Part shown: positions 1-14,794 of the stretch, piece by piece
Numbering within the stretch: the first letter of the stretch is position 1
Layout of the letters: each line of letters begins with the position of its first letter
Assembly: GCA_964016885.1 (NCBI GenBank)
Contig: OZ024742.1
Coordinates: 33,914,001 to 33,978,000, forward strand
Direction of reading: 5' to 3'
Source: Eledone cirrhosa
Lineage: Eukaryota
DNA: 64,000 nt
Translations under genes and position numbers: made by a program
The notes under the pieces: model-generated
Databases searched by the model: none
The model's input: the letters and a program-made list of their open reading frames with translations, nothing else
What the model was told of the DNA's origin: nothing

Positions 1-1561
1 TAATTTGGAGTTTAAAGTTTTAAATGTTTATCTCCAAATCGTCTCTCTAATTTTTTTTATGTCGTGTGAAGTTGCTCTCTATGTTGCATTTCATAACGAC
101 TGCGATTTGTGAGATACTTCGTCTCAGGGACAACATTTTGCTTTTTAAATTTCGCATCCACGTTGGTTCAGGCTTTTTGTTCGTATCTTGATTGCGTGGC
201 TTTAGATGTGTTTTATATAATAGCAATGTGACAGTTGAAACATATAAAAAAATGTTAAGCATTTCAAATGTCGTTTCTACACCTTTAGATCGTATAGCCT
301 TCAGATAATTGTCACCTATTTCGTTCACCGCTTCCAATTCCAATTTAGTGGGTTCTTTACTGATTCTTGTGTTGTATGGTCTGTCACTCACATTAAGGCT
401 ATGTATCTCTTGAAACATATCATCCCATATCACTTGTAAGGTGTCTACAAGTTTTTGGTGTTCTGTTTGTACAGTAGAGCTATGAATTTCAGCCTCGTTG
501 TTGATGTGGTGACAATTACTACTAGAGTTAGCTGACCTTTCTCGCTGTTCTTCAGTGGAAGTGGGATGGATTTCAGCAAAATTGTTGGTGAGCTGGTCAC
601 TGTTAGATTTAGCTGGCCATTCTCTTTGTCTGTCAGTGGAGGTGGGGTGGTTGTCTACAAGGGCTGTATTTGTAGTATCATTCAATTCCGTTAGATGTAT
701 CAATTTACATCTAATGATACGTTTTGCCTGTTCATTTAAATGCTTTGGAGAAAAGTCTAATTCTGTGTGTTTGGAGTTCCATACAGTTTTTAGCCTTTGC
801 ATAAAACCGAACTTTTGGGGTTCAGATTGTTTGTATGCTTCATATAATTCTTTGTTAAGCTCGTAGCTCCACTGTATACAACGGTTGTAGTTGCGATTTG
901 GTCGAAAGAGACTTGTACGTTTTGCCATGATGAGTTCGTCTATTCACTAATATTTTGTATTTATTTTTCAAAATAGTCGATGACCTTCTTTAAAAGTTTC
1001 GACAAAGTTCTGTCAGAATCAAATTTAAAGTTATTCACAGCTTGGGTAATATTTCTTTTCAGTTAGTTTTTAATTCTACAACTGCGTTTTAAACGTTGTT
1101 TTTGAATCGTTTGAATCAAGAACAAAAAGAACCGTTACTTAGTATATTCCTTTATGAATGTAATATAATATAACAACGCTGTATATATATATTAAAGTTT
1201 ATGTATCATTCATATAAATAGGTGTTCTACAACATATTCACAACATACTCACAGTTCAAACACTTATGTTTTTGTTTCTGAATCGAAAACGTTACTTGCA
1301 TATTTCTTTACAAATGTAATATAACAACGTTGCATTTATATGTTGAAGTGTATGTATCGTTCATATATCATAAGTGTATGTATCGTTCATATAAATAGGT
1401 GTTTTACAACACACTTACAGTTCAAACACTTATGTAGAATTATTGTATGTAATCTTACCGCGTAATCTAGCTCAAGGTTTTCCAATATATGGTATGTTGC
1501 CTTCATGTAAGCCGTAATTACACACGTCCGATTATCGGACACTGACCATAACGGTCGCCAT
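1..1561 (-). mobile_element. 5' end of an R4/Dong-like element, with a ~157-bp tandem duplication in the 5' UTR (1133-1435)
   Basis: ORF above; the UTR duplication is directly visible; sharp junction with (TATG)n at 1562. Confidence 0.6.
47..928 (-). pseudogene. N-terminal part of the ORF of an R4/Dong-clade (RLE) non-LTR retrotransposon; probably frameshifted near the window edge
   Basis: 293-aa ORF with an R4-type N-terminal motif (QWSYELNKELYEAY...GFMQRLKTVWNSKH...HLNEQAKRII) and PTWMRNL. It stops just after an 8-T homopolymer (51-58). The 5' UTR runs to ~1560 and abuts (TACA)n. Confidence 0.7.
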
Positions 1562-1649
1562 TGTATGTATGTATGTATGTATGTATGTATGTATGTATGT
1601 ATGTATGTATGTATGTATGTATGTATGTATGTATGTATGTATGTATGTA

Positions 1650-2062
1650 TCCGGGAGAGATGACCCCTTAGCCTTTGTCAAGGCAGAATTCTAGGAGAAG
1701 GAAAACTCTGATATAACACCTGCAACCCTGATGGTATCCAATGATGTTGACTTGTTCTTCTTTTTGGTAAATATCATCTTGGTTAAGAGAGTGGGACTGG
1801 CTTTGTGCAGTGCCTTTGCTCACTATAAAAGCTTCACGGCACAGGCATTGCTTTATATCTGGAGATCTCTCTGCACTTGTCGTCACATGGTACCATGGGC
1901 CCAGCACTATGTGTCAATAATTGTCACAAGTGTAGTGTTTGTACCAGAGTTTTCAAGTCGCTGGCTGGACTAAAAAGTCACACTCGTTCAGCGCATCGGT
2001 AGGGTTTCTCCTACATGGATATAAAGTAGTGGCCGTACTCGAAAACGAGTTGGCAGCCACCA
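1650..2062 (+). mobile_element. 5'-truncated copy of a ~600-bp non-autonomous retroposon (probably RTE-derived) with (TATG)n tail
   Basis: Near-identical to 2477-2874. Carries the CTAGGAGAAGGAAAACTCTG motif typical of RTE 5' UTRs. Flanked by (TATG)n. Confidence 0.75.
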
Positions 2063-2106
2063 TATATGTATGTATGTATATATATGTGTATGTATGTGTA
2101 TGTATG

Positions 2107-2137
<31 letters not shown>

Positions 2138-2218
2138 ATGTATGTATGTATGTATATGTATATTTGTATGTCTGTGTGTGTATATGTATGTATATGTATA
2201 TATGTATGTATGTATGCG

Positions 2219-2250
<32 letters not shown>

Positions 2251-2280
2251 TGTATGTATATATGTATGTATGTATGTATG

Positions 2281-2874
2281 TCAGGTCACCAGTTGGTGCT
2301 ACTGGTAACATGTATCCCAGTACAACCTGTCTCATGGTCGGGTCGTTGGCGACTAAACTGGCAACCCCACCAAGGTTTCTTGGTGAGGAGGGTGACTTTG
2401 GACATCCTGCAGGACTAAAAACAAAACCTGTCAAAGGGCAAGGGAGCTCTTAAGACTCAATAGCCATCCAAAATCACCGGGAGAGATGACCCCTTAGCCT
2501 TTGTCAAGGCAGAATTCTAGGAGAAGGAAAACTCTGATATAACACCTGCAACCCTGATGGTATCCAATGATGTTGACTTGTTCTTCTTTTTGGTAAATAT
2601 CATCTTGGTTAAGAGAGTGGGACTGGCTTTGTGCAGTGCCTTTGCTCACTATAAAAGCTTCAAAGCACAGGCATTGCTTTATATCTGGAGATCTCTCTGC
2701 ACTTGTCATCACATGGTACCATGGGCCCTGCACTATGTGTCAATAATGGTCACAAGTGTAGTCTTTGTACCAGAGTTTTCAAGTCGCTGGCTGGACTAAA
2801 AAGCGCATCGGTAGGGGTTCTCCTACATGGATATAAAGTAGTGGCCGTACTCGAAAACGAGTTGGCAGCCACCA
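2281..2874 (+). mobile_element. Full copy of the ~600-bp RTE-derived non-autonomous retroposon
   Basis: Closely similar to copies at 7072-7659 (-) and 23189-23782 (+); (TATG)n on both sides; no credible ORF. Confidence 0.75.
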
Positions 2875-2944
2875 TGTATGTATGTATGTATGTATGTATG
2901 TATGTATGTATGTATGTATGTATGTATGTATGTATGTATGTATG

Positions 2945-2977
<33 letters not shown>

Positions 2978-3021
2978 ATACATATATGTATACATATATG
3001 TATATATCTATACATAGATGT

Positions 3022-3123
<102 letters not shown>

Positions 3124-3448
3124 GTATATGTATGTATATATATATATATATAGTAGGTGAGTAATATTGTATATCAGATAAGTAGCACTCAACAGTTGGT
3201 AGAACAGGAGTATATATAAAGAAGAAATTAAAAGATGGTTAATATATGAGACTTTTTTAACCATCTTTTAATTTCTTCTTTATATATATATATGTACATA
3301 TGTATATATATATATATATAAATATATATATACATATATAAATATATATATACATATATATATATATACATACATATATATATATGTATACATATATGTA
3401 TACATATATACATATATTTATACATATATGTATACATATATACATATA

Positions 3449-4120
3449 TGAACATTTTTTTGCTCTACATGGCTGAATACAATAAATGTAATCTGAGTTT
3501 TTCGAATATTAATAATAACATTCGATTCGTTTGCAATTATACAAACAAGCCTCAATTTTATAGCCATGTCAGTAGAATGAACACTTCATTCTTGCTCTTG
3601 TGTTGGCATGAGAACAGAACTGCAGACACTAATGTTTCTGGGTATCACCCTTCATCAGTACAACTCACTGTTCACCTGCCAAACTGTCAGAGCTAGTGAA
3701 TATATATGCTATTTTCAAAAATACACAGTGACTAATCGGCCTGATTTGCATATTAGCAGACTGGCTGATCAGTCAGATCTGCATATTAGCAGATCCACTG
3801 ATCAGCCAGATTTGCATATCAGTAGACTGGCCAGTCAGTTTCCGGTATACGAGCGATAAATGGCTGACTTTGCCAAATTCAAATAAAAAATAAAATCTTT
3901 TCGCGCTACATGGCTGAATACAATAAATGTAATCTGAGTCTTTCGAATATTAATAATAACATTCGATTCGTTTGCAATTATGCAAACATTAGTGTCTGCA
4001 GTTCTGTTCACATGCCAACACAAGAGCAAGAATGAAGGGTTCATTCTACTGACATGGCTATAAAATTTAGGCTTGTTTGCATAATTGCAAACAAATCGAA
4101 TTTTATTATTAATATTCGAA
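3449..4120 (-). mobile_element. Rearranged PLE-like/retrozyme element with direct and inverted duplications
   Basis: ~3455-3546 is repeated directly at ~3900-3987; 3984-4120 is an inverted copy of ~3502-3637. Contains an HHR and three 33-bp octamer-bearing repeats. Confidence 0.6.
3618..3665 (-). ncRNA. Type I hammerhead ribozyme (near-intact)
   Basis: Minus strand: AGUUGUA-CUGAUGA-AGGGU(GAU)ACCCA-GAAA-CA(UUAG)UG-UC|UGCAGUU. Stem I has 7 bp including G-U pairs; A.A mismatch at the base of stem II. Confidence 0.65.
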
Positions 4121-4121
4121 A

Positions 4122-4318
4122 GGGCGGTGGATTGTCAGTATCGGTGGAGGGTCGGACGCCATGTTTTGAAGCATAGAGTTACGTCCCTTTACGGTCTGAG
4201 TTCAAATCCCGTCGAAGTTAACTTTGCCTTTCATCCTTACAGGGTCGATAAAATAAAGTACCAGTTATGCACTGGGTATTTGTTGGCCTCGTGCTAAATG
4301 TAGAAACAATTATTAATA
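4122..4318 (+). mobile_element. MetaSINE-type SINE
   Basis: tRNA-like head (B box GAGTTCAAATCC) followed by the domain AACTTTGCCTTTCATCCTTAC.GGGTCGATAAAATAAAGTACCAG; many other copies in the window. Confidence 0.75.
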
Positions 4319-4345
4319 TTCGAAAAACGCAGATTACATTTATAT

Positions 4346-4440
<95 letters not shown>

Positions 4441-4499
4441 CATACATATATATATATACATACATATATACACACACACACACACACATATATATATTA

Positions 4500-5436
<937 letters not shown>

Positions 5437-5447
5437 TAAGTTATTTG

Positions 5448-5544
<97 letters not shown>

Positions 5545-5899
5545 TTACATCCACCAATATATGCGCACCGTTTTGATAATGATGGTGTGATGGTGACAAC
5601 AACAATGAATTTGTTCTAAAGTATCAAATAGATTTTTCAAATAATTACGGTAGTAACCTTGATGGCCTATCAATCGATACTATAACCTAGCCATATGAGG
5701 AAAGAAAGCTAAAAAAAAGACAATTATGTTTACTTCCCTATAGTATCACACAGAGTTTATCAAACCACTACAACATCAACAACAAAAACAAAATAAATAA
5801 CACTTAAAGTAGAACATATTGGAAAGATAGTGTTGGTTTTTAGTACATTACGACATGCTAAAGTATTTTATTCCATTAGTCCGATCAACACACTCTCGG

Positions 5900-7071
5900 A
5901 TACATATGTCGTGTGATTACATACATACATGCATACATACATACAGATATACATACATACATACATACATAATACATAGATACATACATAATACATACAT
6001 ACATAATACATAGATACATACAGATATACATACATGCATACATGCATACATACATACAGATATACATAGATACATGCATACATACATACAGATATACATA
6101 CATGCATACATACATGCATACATACATACATACATACATACATACATACATACATACATGCATGCATACATACATACATACATAGATACATGTATACATA
6201 CATACATATATACATACATGCATACATGCAAACATGCATACATAATACATATATACATACATACATACATACATTCTTGCATACATACATGCATACATAT
6301 ATACATACATATATACATACATACCTACATACATACATACATACATACATACATACATTCATGCATACATACATGCATACATATATACATACATATATAC
6401 ATACATACCTACATACATGCATACATACATGCATACATATATACATACATACATACATACATACACACATACATACATGCATACAAACACATAATACATA
6501 CATATATACATACATATATATATATATGCATACATACATACACACATACATACACATATACATGCATGCACACATACATACACACATACATACATACAAA
6601 CATACATACATACACACATGCATACATACATACACACACATACATGCATGCATACAACATACATCTATACATACATACAAACATTGATACACACGTACAT
6701 ACACATATACATGCATGCAGACATACACACACACACATACATACACACACATACATATATACATACATACAATCATGCATACATACACGCGCATACATAT
6801 ATACATACATACAATCATACATACACACATACATGCATACATACATACAAACATACAGGCGTACATACTTACATACACACATTCATACACACATACAGAC
6901 ATTCATTCATAGATATATACATATATATACATACATACATACTTACTTACAAACATTCATACGCACATATAGTGATTTATTTATACATACATGTATACAT
7001 ATATGCATACAATCGTGCATACATACATATATACATATATACATATATACATATTTACATACTTGCATACA
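5900..7071. repeat. Degenerate (TACA)n microsatellite
   Basis: Seen directly. Confidence 0.95.
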
Positions 7072-7659
7072 TGGTGGCTGCCAACTCGTTTTCGAGTACG
7101 GCCACTACTTTACATCCATGTAGGAGAACCCCTGCCGATGCGCTGAACGAATGTGACTTTTTAGTCCAGCCAGCGACTTGAAAACTCTGGTACAAACACT
7201 ACACTTTTGACAATTGCTGACACATAGTGCTAGGCCCATTCTACCATGTGATGACAAGTGCAGAGAGATCTCCAAATATAAAGCAATGCCTGTGCCGTGA
7301 AGCTTTTATAGTGAACAAAGGCACTGCACAAAGCCAGTCCCACTCTCTTAACCAAGATGATATTTACCAAAAAGAAGAACAAGTCAACATCATTGGATAC
7401 CATCAGGGTTGCAGGTGTTATATCAGAGTTTTCCTTCTCCTAGAATTCTGCCTTGACAAAGGCTAAGGGGTCATCTCTCCCGGTGATTTTGGATGGCCAT
7501 TGACTCTTAAGAGCTCCTTTTCCCTTTGACAGGTTTTGTTTTTAGTCCTGCAGGAAGTCCAAAGTCACCCTCCTCACCTTGGTGGGGTTGCCAGTTTAGT
7601 CGCCAACGACCCGATAATGAGACAGGTTCTACTGGGACACATGTTACCAGTAGCACCAA
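7072..7659 (-). mobile_element. ~600-bp RTE-derived retroposon copy
   Basis: Reverse complement of 2281-2874. Confidence 0.75.
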
Positions 7660-7910
7660 TACATACATACATGCATACATACATACGTACATACATGGTT
7701 ACATACATACACACATATATCAACACCTTCACACACAACCACTTACATGTCCCCCCCCTCCCCAACACACACACTATATATATATATAGAAGAATGACGG
7801 TGTAAAGAACTCGCGTATAATCCTGTAATCAAATGAGCTCAAAGGAAAGGGTTTTCCTGGCCACTTTAAAATACAATATAGAGAGGGGACAAAACACTGG
7901 TGAGTGTGTT

Positions 7911-8007
<97 letters not shown>

Positions 8008-8043
8008 TATAAATGAAAGGTAGTACAGTGGGAAATAATGAAT

Positions 8044-8236
8044 AAGTATGACCCCGTTTGGCAGAGCTCAAGCTGTTTCGACGGCTATTTCTGAGTCCAG
8101 AAATAGCCGTCGAAACAGCTTGAGCTCTGCCAAACGGGGTCATACTTTTTTCCCTATTTCCCACTCTACTACCCTAAGTATTGAGTACTCTGCTGCGTTA
8201 TGGTCCATCTGGTTCCTTACCACAATTCCTTTGTTA
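8044..8236. mobile_element. Palindromic (fold-back) element, family copy 1
   Basis: Inverted arms 8044-8093/8098-8147 plus a one-sided tail; homologues at 32420, 56335 and 63380. Confidence 0.75.
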
Positions 8237-8690
8237 TATATATATATATCAACAACCTCACACACACAACCATAGACACGCAAACACACACACGCAAACA
8301 CACACATATATATATATATATATCAACAACCTCAGACACAACCACACACACACAACCCACACAACCACATACATACACACTCATATAAATGTATATGTGA
8401 AAAAAAAAAAGGGAATAAAGAGAAGAACAGTACATAGTACAATGAAAACATAATTTTAATGCTAAATATAGTAAAGTGTCTGAACGTTGGCACTTCGTCA
8501 GATGATAGAATGGAAGATAACAGAATAGAAAGAGAGACGACAGTCTGAAAATATCAGGAAAAAGAAATTAATGTATATCTTCTAGAATGTGTACTTGTAT
8601 CTTATATAATTGTATCATGTGTTTGTCTTTATACCTTGTGTTTATATCTTGAAATATCTATCTCTTTATTTATCTGTTTCTCTCCCCCCC
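8217..8690. repeat. ~470-bp segment duplicated directly at 10562-11030
   Basis: Near-identical sequence including microsatellite phase. Confidence 0.85.
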
Positions 8691-8693
8691 CCC

Positions 8694-8774
<81 letters not shown>

Positions 8775-9145
8775 TATATATATAGAGAGAGAGCGAGCGA
8801 GACCGATAAATAGATAGATAGATACATATATATATACACATATACATTCCTACATACACCCGCAGGGATATGACGACTGTCCATGCTTTGTTTATAGTAT
8901 ACGTTTGTACGTTTTCCATAATATGAGGTGATTGGTCTCCTTTCAGACATAACTAGACTGGAGAAAATGTTATATTATAAACTTAGCCCAGTTATCTGCG
9001 TAATGTTTTATTGACAACATAATTTATCAATATTCAGAACGCTTACATATTCTTTGACATATTATTTAATGAATTCAACGTATATAGTTCGCTGCCTAAT
9101 CAATATATACAGATCCTTTTGATCTGCACAGATCTTATTTTTACT

Positions 9146-9451
9146 AAATAATTGTTTCTACTTTTGGCACAAGGCCGGCAATTATCCCAGTACATTACTG
9201 GTACTTTATTTTATCGACCCCGAAAGGATGAAAGGCAAAGTTAACCTCCGCCGGATTTTACTAAATAATTGTTTCTACTTTTGGCACAAAGCCAGCAATT
9301 ATCGCAGTGTATTACTGGTACCTTATTTTATCGACCCCGTAAGGATGAAAGGCAACGTTAAGCTCGGCGGGATTTGAACTCAGACCATAAAGGGCCGTAA
9401 CTCTTTGCTGCAAAGCAGGGCGTCCGACCCTCTACCGATACTGTCAATCCA
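9146..9451 (-). mobile_element. Tandem MetaSINE-type SINE copies
   Basis: Reverse complement of the 4122 family, with a duplicated 3' part. Confidence 0.75.
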
Positions 9452-9650
9452 CGATGTCAGCTTAGGAATGACTATGTTGTTAGGATGTTGTATTAACAAC
9501 CATGTGGTTCTAGGTTCTATGCCATTGGCCGGCAACTTGGTCATGTGACTTTTAACCATATCCTCACGTTGACCAACGTTTCTCAGGGAAATTTAGTGAC
9601 GGAATTGAATCTTCGTGGATGATCATTAGACATATGTAGGTATGTATGTA

Positions 9651-9968
9651 GGCGCGTGGCTTTGTGGTTAGGGAATTCGGCCCACGATCGTAAGGTCGTG
9701 AATTCGATTCCCAGCAGTGCGTTGTTTCCTTGAGTAAGACACTTTATTTCATATTGCTCCAGTTCACTCAGCTGGTAAAATGAGTTATACCTGTAATTCC
9801 AAGGGCCAACCTTATAATATTCTGTGTCACGCCGAATCTCCCTGAGAACTACGTTAAGGGTACACGTGATTGTGGAATGCTCAGCCACTTGCACGTTAAT
9901 TTCACCAGTAGGCAGTTCCGTTGATCGGTTCAACTGGAACACTCGTCGTCGTAACCGACGGAGTGCCT
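9651..9968 (+). mobile_element. tRNA-derived SINE
   Basis: A box TGGCTTTGTGG, B box GAATTCGATTCC, then the conserved SINE body CCTTGAGTAAGACACTTTA. Confidence 0.75.
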
Positions 9969-11013
9969 TCTATGTATGTGTGTCATTTTTTCTTAATTTC
10001 GAGTATTTTGCCCGGGAAGATTGTAATGAAAAACCATCCCCGTGGCCCTCAACGAATAACCATTAACTTTTAAATATTTTATATATTTCTGAAGTTCCAG
10101 ATATTGTGATCATCTCTAGTTTACGAATCAATGACCTGTGAAATTTCTTTTTTCCTAGAATCGAATTTTAGCCCTTTATCTGGTCCAGGCGTGTTGTTAT
10201 ATTTTCTCTAGCACTAATAATAATTCGTATGAAACCGAGCCTGTATTTTGAGTACTGGTTTTGCAAATTCATTATCAGTAATTAATTGTTTCTACTTTTG
10301 GCACAAGGCCTGCAATTATCCAGTACATTACTGGTATTTTAATTAATAATAAAAATTCTATTGCCATTTTCCTCATGGTTAGAAAGTTGAAACCAAAGAT
10401 AACTATATATGTACTACTTCCTAAACTACGGATGACATCGTATGTGTGTCGTTGATGTACACAACCTGATATATATGAGGTTTATAAACCTGGCGTAGGC
10501 AAACTCTTTCTCGTTTCGAGGAAATAGCGTATAGAGAGAGTGAAAAAGAAAATAGGGTTCTTTACCACAATTCCTTTGTTATATATATATCAACAACCTC
10601 ACACACACACACAACCATAGACACGCAAACACACACACGCAAACACACACATATATATATATCAACAACCTCAGACACAACCACACACACACAACCCACA
10701 CAACCACATACATACACACTCATATAAATGTATATGTGAAAAAAAGGGAATAAAGAGAAGAACAGTACATAGTACAATGAAAACATAATTTTAATGCTAA
10801 ATATAGTAAAGTGTCTGAACGTTGGCACTTCGTCAGATGATAGAATGGAAGATAACAGAATAGAAAGAGAGACGACAGTCTGAAAATATCAGGAAAAAGA
10901 AATTAATGTATATCTTCTAGAATGTGTACTTGTATCTTATATAATTGTATCATGTGTTTGTCTTTATACCTTGTGTTTATATCTTGAAATATCTATCTCT
11001 TTATTTATCTGTT

Positions 11014-11068
<55 letters not shown>

Positions 11069-11152
11069 CTCTTTCTCTCTCTCTCTATATATACTGATAC
11101 ATTAATTGATTTCACATCAACAATAACTTCGGGACTGTTATCTATCTATCTG

Positions 11153-11187
<35 letters not shown>

Positions 11188-12282
11188 GTCTGTCTGTCTA
11201 TCTATCTATCTAGCTGTCTGTCTGTCTGTCTATCTATCTATCTGTGAGTACAGAGTATTATAATATGTGTAGGACAGAGACTTAATCCTTTAGCATATTG
11301 GTGGCCTCCCCACAGTCCCGGCGGACAGATGTCTTCATTCTCTTATATTCCGTTACTCATTGTTGTCAAGTGGGTTTCCGTAACAAATCCTTTTTAATTC
11401 CGGTGTTTTAAATAAAAATATCAAGTCGGTTGTCTTTTAATTTGTACAGAGTTAAAGTCAAGTAAAATGGTTCGCGTGAATTATTACAATTTGCTAGAGA
11501 TACTAGTCACAATTTTTCTGAAATCAAGTCCACTATGATATTAAAATAAAGTGAGATATATTGAATAATGTAGATAAATTATTACAAAATAAATTATAAA
11601 TTATGATTGAAAAGACGGGTCAGTCATGGCGAGAATACTTTTGATAGTAGGCCCGCTTAATTCAGGTTGATTTGCGGTCACATAACAACAACAATAATAA
11701 CAACAAATGCTTCAATCAATAGTACTGCAATAAACAAAGCTTATAGGGGTCATCTTCGTTCTGTCCCTAGAAGTTTCCTGTGGCATAACATTTTTTATGA
11801 CAAAAGGTTGCCAGCCTATCGTTGAACAGTTCCCTATATCTGGAGAGAAGAACGTTGCTAGAAATAGCAGCCAGCTACTTCAACAATAACCAACGCTAAA
11901 AATCTCATAGCGAAATCACAGTCATAAGCAACCCATCCAAGGAGACACAATGTAGTTGTTTGGTTTGCTAGAAATAGCAGTCAGAACTTTCTCAAATCTC
12001 TTACTACAGTATTTAACAAGGAAAGAACAGAATATGTGATCGTAGATGAACCCGCTGCAAATGACGAGATAGTCACGACTAAAGCGACATGAGAATAAAC
12101 AACAATAACAAAATCAACCACGAACACAATGAGAGAATGAAAGACCCTAAACGCGATCTCTCAGCCTGCTAGAAATAACGAACAAATTTCCCTCAAAATA
12201 CATTTTTTTTTAAAAGTAGAAAAGCACATTAGAAAACGTGGTCCAACATATACATTCTTAAATGTAATAGTTTATTATATGA

Positions 12283-12547
12283 AATGAATGGATTAAAAAA
12301 GGGCCCTCAATGCATGTGTGAAAGTGATGTCCAAACGAGAAACCTCCACTGCCAACTAATTTAACTCTGGGTCCCGGCCCGTTAGCCACCCGCAGGTGCA
12401 AGCTCCACGACGTGGGCTGGCTGTTCCAGCGCGTCTCCCTCTTCGTCCTCTGGGGCAATGCATTTTCCATATTGTAGACCGGGAGAGGATACTCGTTCGG
12501 ACGTCACTTTCACACATGTATTGAGTGCCTTTTTGATTCCATTCATT
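12283..12547. repeat. Imperfect ~65-bp inverted repeat with a GC-rich spacer (MITE-like)
   Basis: Arms 12283-12347 and 12482-12547 are reverse-complementary with scattered mismatches. Confidence 0.65.
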
Positions 12548-12822
12548 CCAACATACACTATGCCAGACCTGTCAACTCTCCCCGTCCAATGGGGAGATCT
12601 CCGACCCACTTTGGGGTGGGTAGGAGATGTCTTCTCTTGTAAAAATGGGTATAGCTTTCGTTATATAAAATCTCCCCATTTTACCCCATTTCTCTCCGTT
12701 TAGGGGCACTTTTTTCATGGTACTCCCCGTTTAAGTTTCTAGAGTTTGGCAGGTCTTCTATGCCTAAATAAAATATGTCGTTTATCACAATTGCTAAATA
12801 AACAAATAACAAAAAGAAAGAG

Positions 12823-12867
<45 letters not shown>

Positions 12868-13145
12868 GGCACAAAATGAACTATACTGAACTATACGTAT
12901 TTCAATAACTATATCAATCATTGCTATATTCCTTACTGCTGTCTTCTAAAATATAGAAGTGCTCGTTATTTAGAGATCAATACAAACGGAAAACTTTGCA
13001 GTAGCTTTTGAATTGTGTTTTTGCACTTTATTTTAGATACTACAATGACTGACGGATATTTACATCACATTTGTAGCAATGCATTTGGGTATGGAAGTAT
13101 GAATATTAATGCATATATGTATATGCATATATATTATGTATATAT

Positions 13146-13202
<57 letters not shown>

Positions 13203-13207
<5 letters not shown>

Positions 13208-13672
13208 CAAATGAATATATGATAGGGATAAACACCGATACAAGTATACATGTGTTTGCATTGCAAATGACCAAGTTAGCTAGATTGAAAAATACTAATT
13301 AAAATAATACGGTTTGCCTGTCTCGATTTAAAATAATAAATCAATAAAAACAGACCTATATTGGCAATAGCCGTGATACCTGGACAAATTTAAAATTTAA
13401 AATTTGTTTCGCAACAATTAAGTGAAAGTTCCTATTCCTGTGCTCTTCTGCAGGTTTGTTTTTATTGATTTATTATTTTAAATCGAGACAGGCAAACCGT
13501 ATTATTTTAATTAGTATTTTTCTAATCTAGTTAACTTGGTCATTTGCAATGCAAACACATGTATACTTGTATCGGTGTTTATCCCTATCATATATTCATT
13601 TGTATTACACGGCTCAGAAATATTCCTTTCTTTGAGCTATTTAATTGTAAAAGACTATTTGAGTTTATAACT
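13203..13672. mobile_element. Fold-back PLE-end element with a central HHR-like motif
   Basis: Inverted arms ~13203-13356 and ~13452-13606; the right arm has an extra tail; (TA)n flanks. Confidence 0.7.
13378..13455 (-). ncRNA. Hammerhead-like motif with a CAGAAGA core variant
   Basis: Minus strand: ACCUG-CAGAAGA-GCA...UGC-GAAA-CAAAUU...AAUUUG-UC|CAGGU. All three stems pair, but U4 is replaced by A. Confidence 0.55.
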
Positions 13673-13771
13673 CTATATATAATATATATATATGTATGCA
13701 TGTATATATTGAATATATATATGTGTGTGTATATATATATATATAAACACACACGCATATATATATATATG

Positions 13772-13809
<38 letters not shown>

Positions 13810-13919
13810 AGTGTGTGTGTTTGTGCCTATCTGTGTGTGTATATACATACGCTTATAACCGTACGGACATCTAAGAATCAGGCAAATAAAGCAACCGAGG
13901 AATACATTAATTTCCTGAC

Positions 13920-14113
13920 TAATAATTGTTTCTACTTTTAGCACAAGGCCAGCAATTAATCCAGTACGTTACTGGTACTTTATTTTATATACCCCGTAAG
14001 GATGAAAGGCAACGTTAACCTCGGTGGGATTTGAACTCAGAACATAAAGGGCCGTAACTCTATACTGCAAAGCATGGCGTCCGACCCTCTACCGATACTG
14101 CCAATCCACTACC
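13920..14113 (-). mobile_element. MetaSINE-type SINE
   Basis: Same family as 4122. Confidence 0.75.
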
Positions 14114-14589
14114 CTCTAATAATAAAATCATACATGAATACATACATACAAACATACACACACACTCACACGCATATATATATATGTATATATATACGAC
14201 CGTCGGCTGAAAAGTTCATAAGCTGACTATGAAGGAGAGAAGCTAGAGCTGTGAAATCTTGAATGCCTTAATTTCAACTCTACTTATTAATAACTGCATT
14301 TTTTCTTTCCAGGGAATATGTTGGGTTAACACGCTCTGATGATGTGAAAGAGATGCAGAGTTCGATTCTCTTTGGCGACCGCTACCACTTTTTACCCGTC
14401 TCTTGCGGTCTTTTACTCGGTTTTTCAAGGGTATTATTTATAGCAATTGACTGTTGTTACAGTCATTTTCTTCGATTCGGATTGCAACATTTTCAAATTT
14501 AAAATCACCTAATTGATATATATATATATATATATATATTATGAATTATCTAAACACTTGGGTGATTTGATATATATATTATATATATA

Positions 14590-14794
14590 TAGGGTGGGGT
14601 AAAAGTCACTTCTTGCCTATTTTTATTAATAAAACATTACAAATTAAACTAATTTTTTTTATCGTTAAATTAAATTTCATAATTAGATCTTGTTTTTATC
14701 CAACTTTAACTTGAAAGAAAAATAATAATGATATTTCAATAATAAAAAGGATTATGATTTTTTTTAATTAGGAAGTGACTTTTGGCCCACCCTG
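14590..14794. mobile_element. Tc1/mariner-type MITE
   Basis: TIRs (T/C)AGGGTGGG(GT/CC)AAAAGTCACTTC, TA flanks, AT-rich interior. Confidence 0.75.

Noticed and set aside
1445-1561. Possible 5' ribozyme in the R4-like element
   Set aside because: Hairpins are present, but I could not fit an HDV, twister or hammerhead consensus.
1668-2799. Repeated 79-80 aa ORFs
   Set aside because: Incidental frames on both strands of a non-coding retroposon.
9651-9725. tRNA gene-like sequence
   Set aside because: Continues into a SINE body; no complete cloverleaf or terminator.
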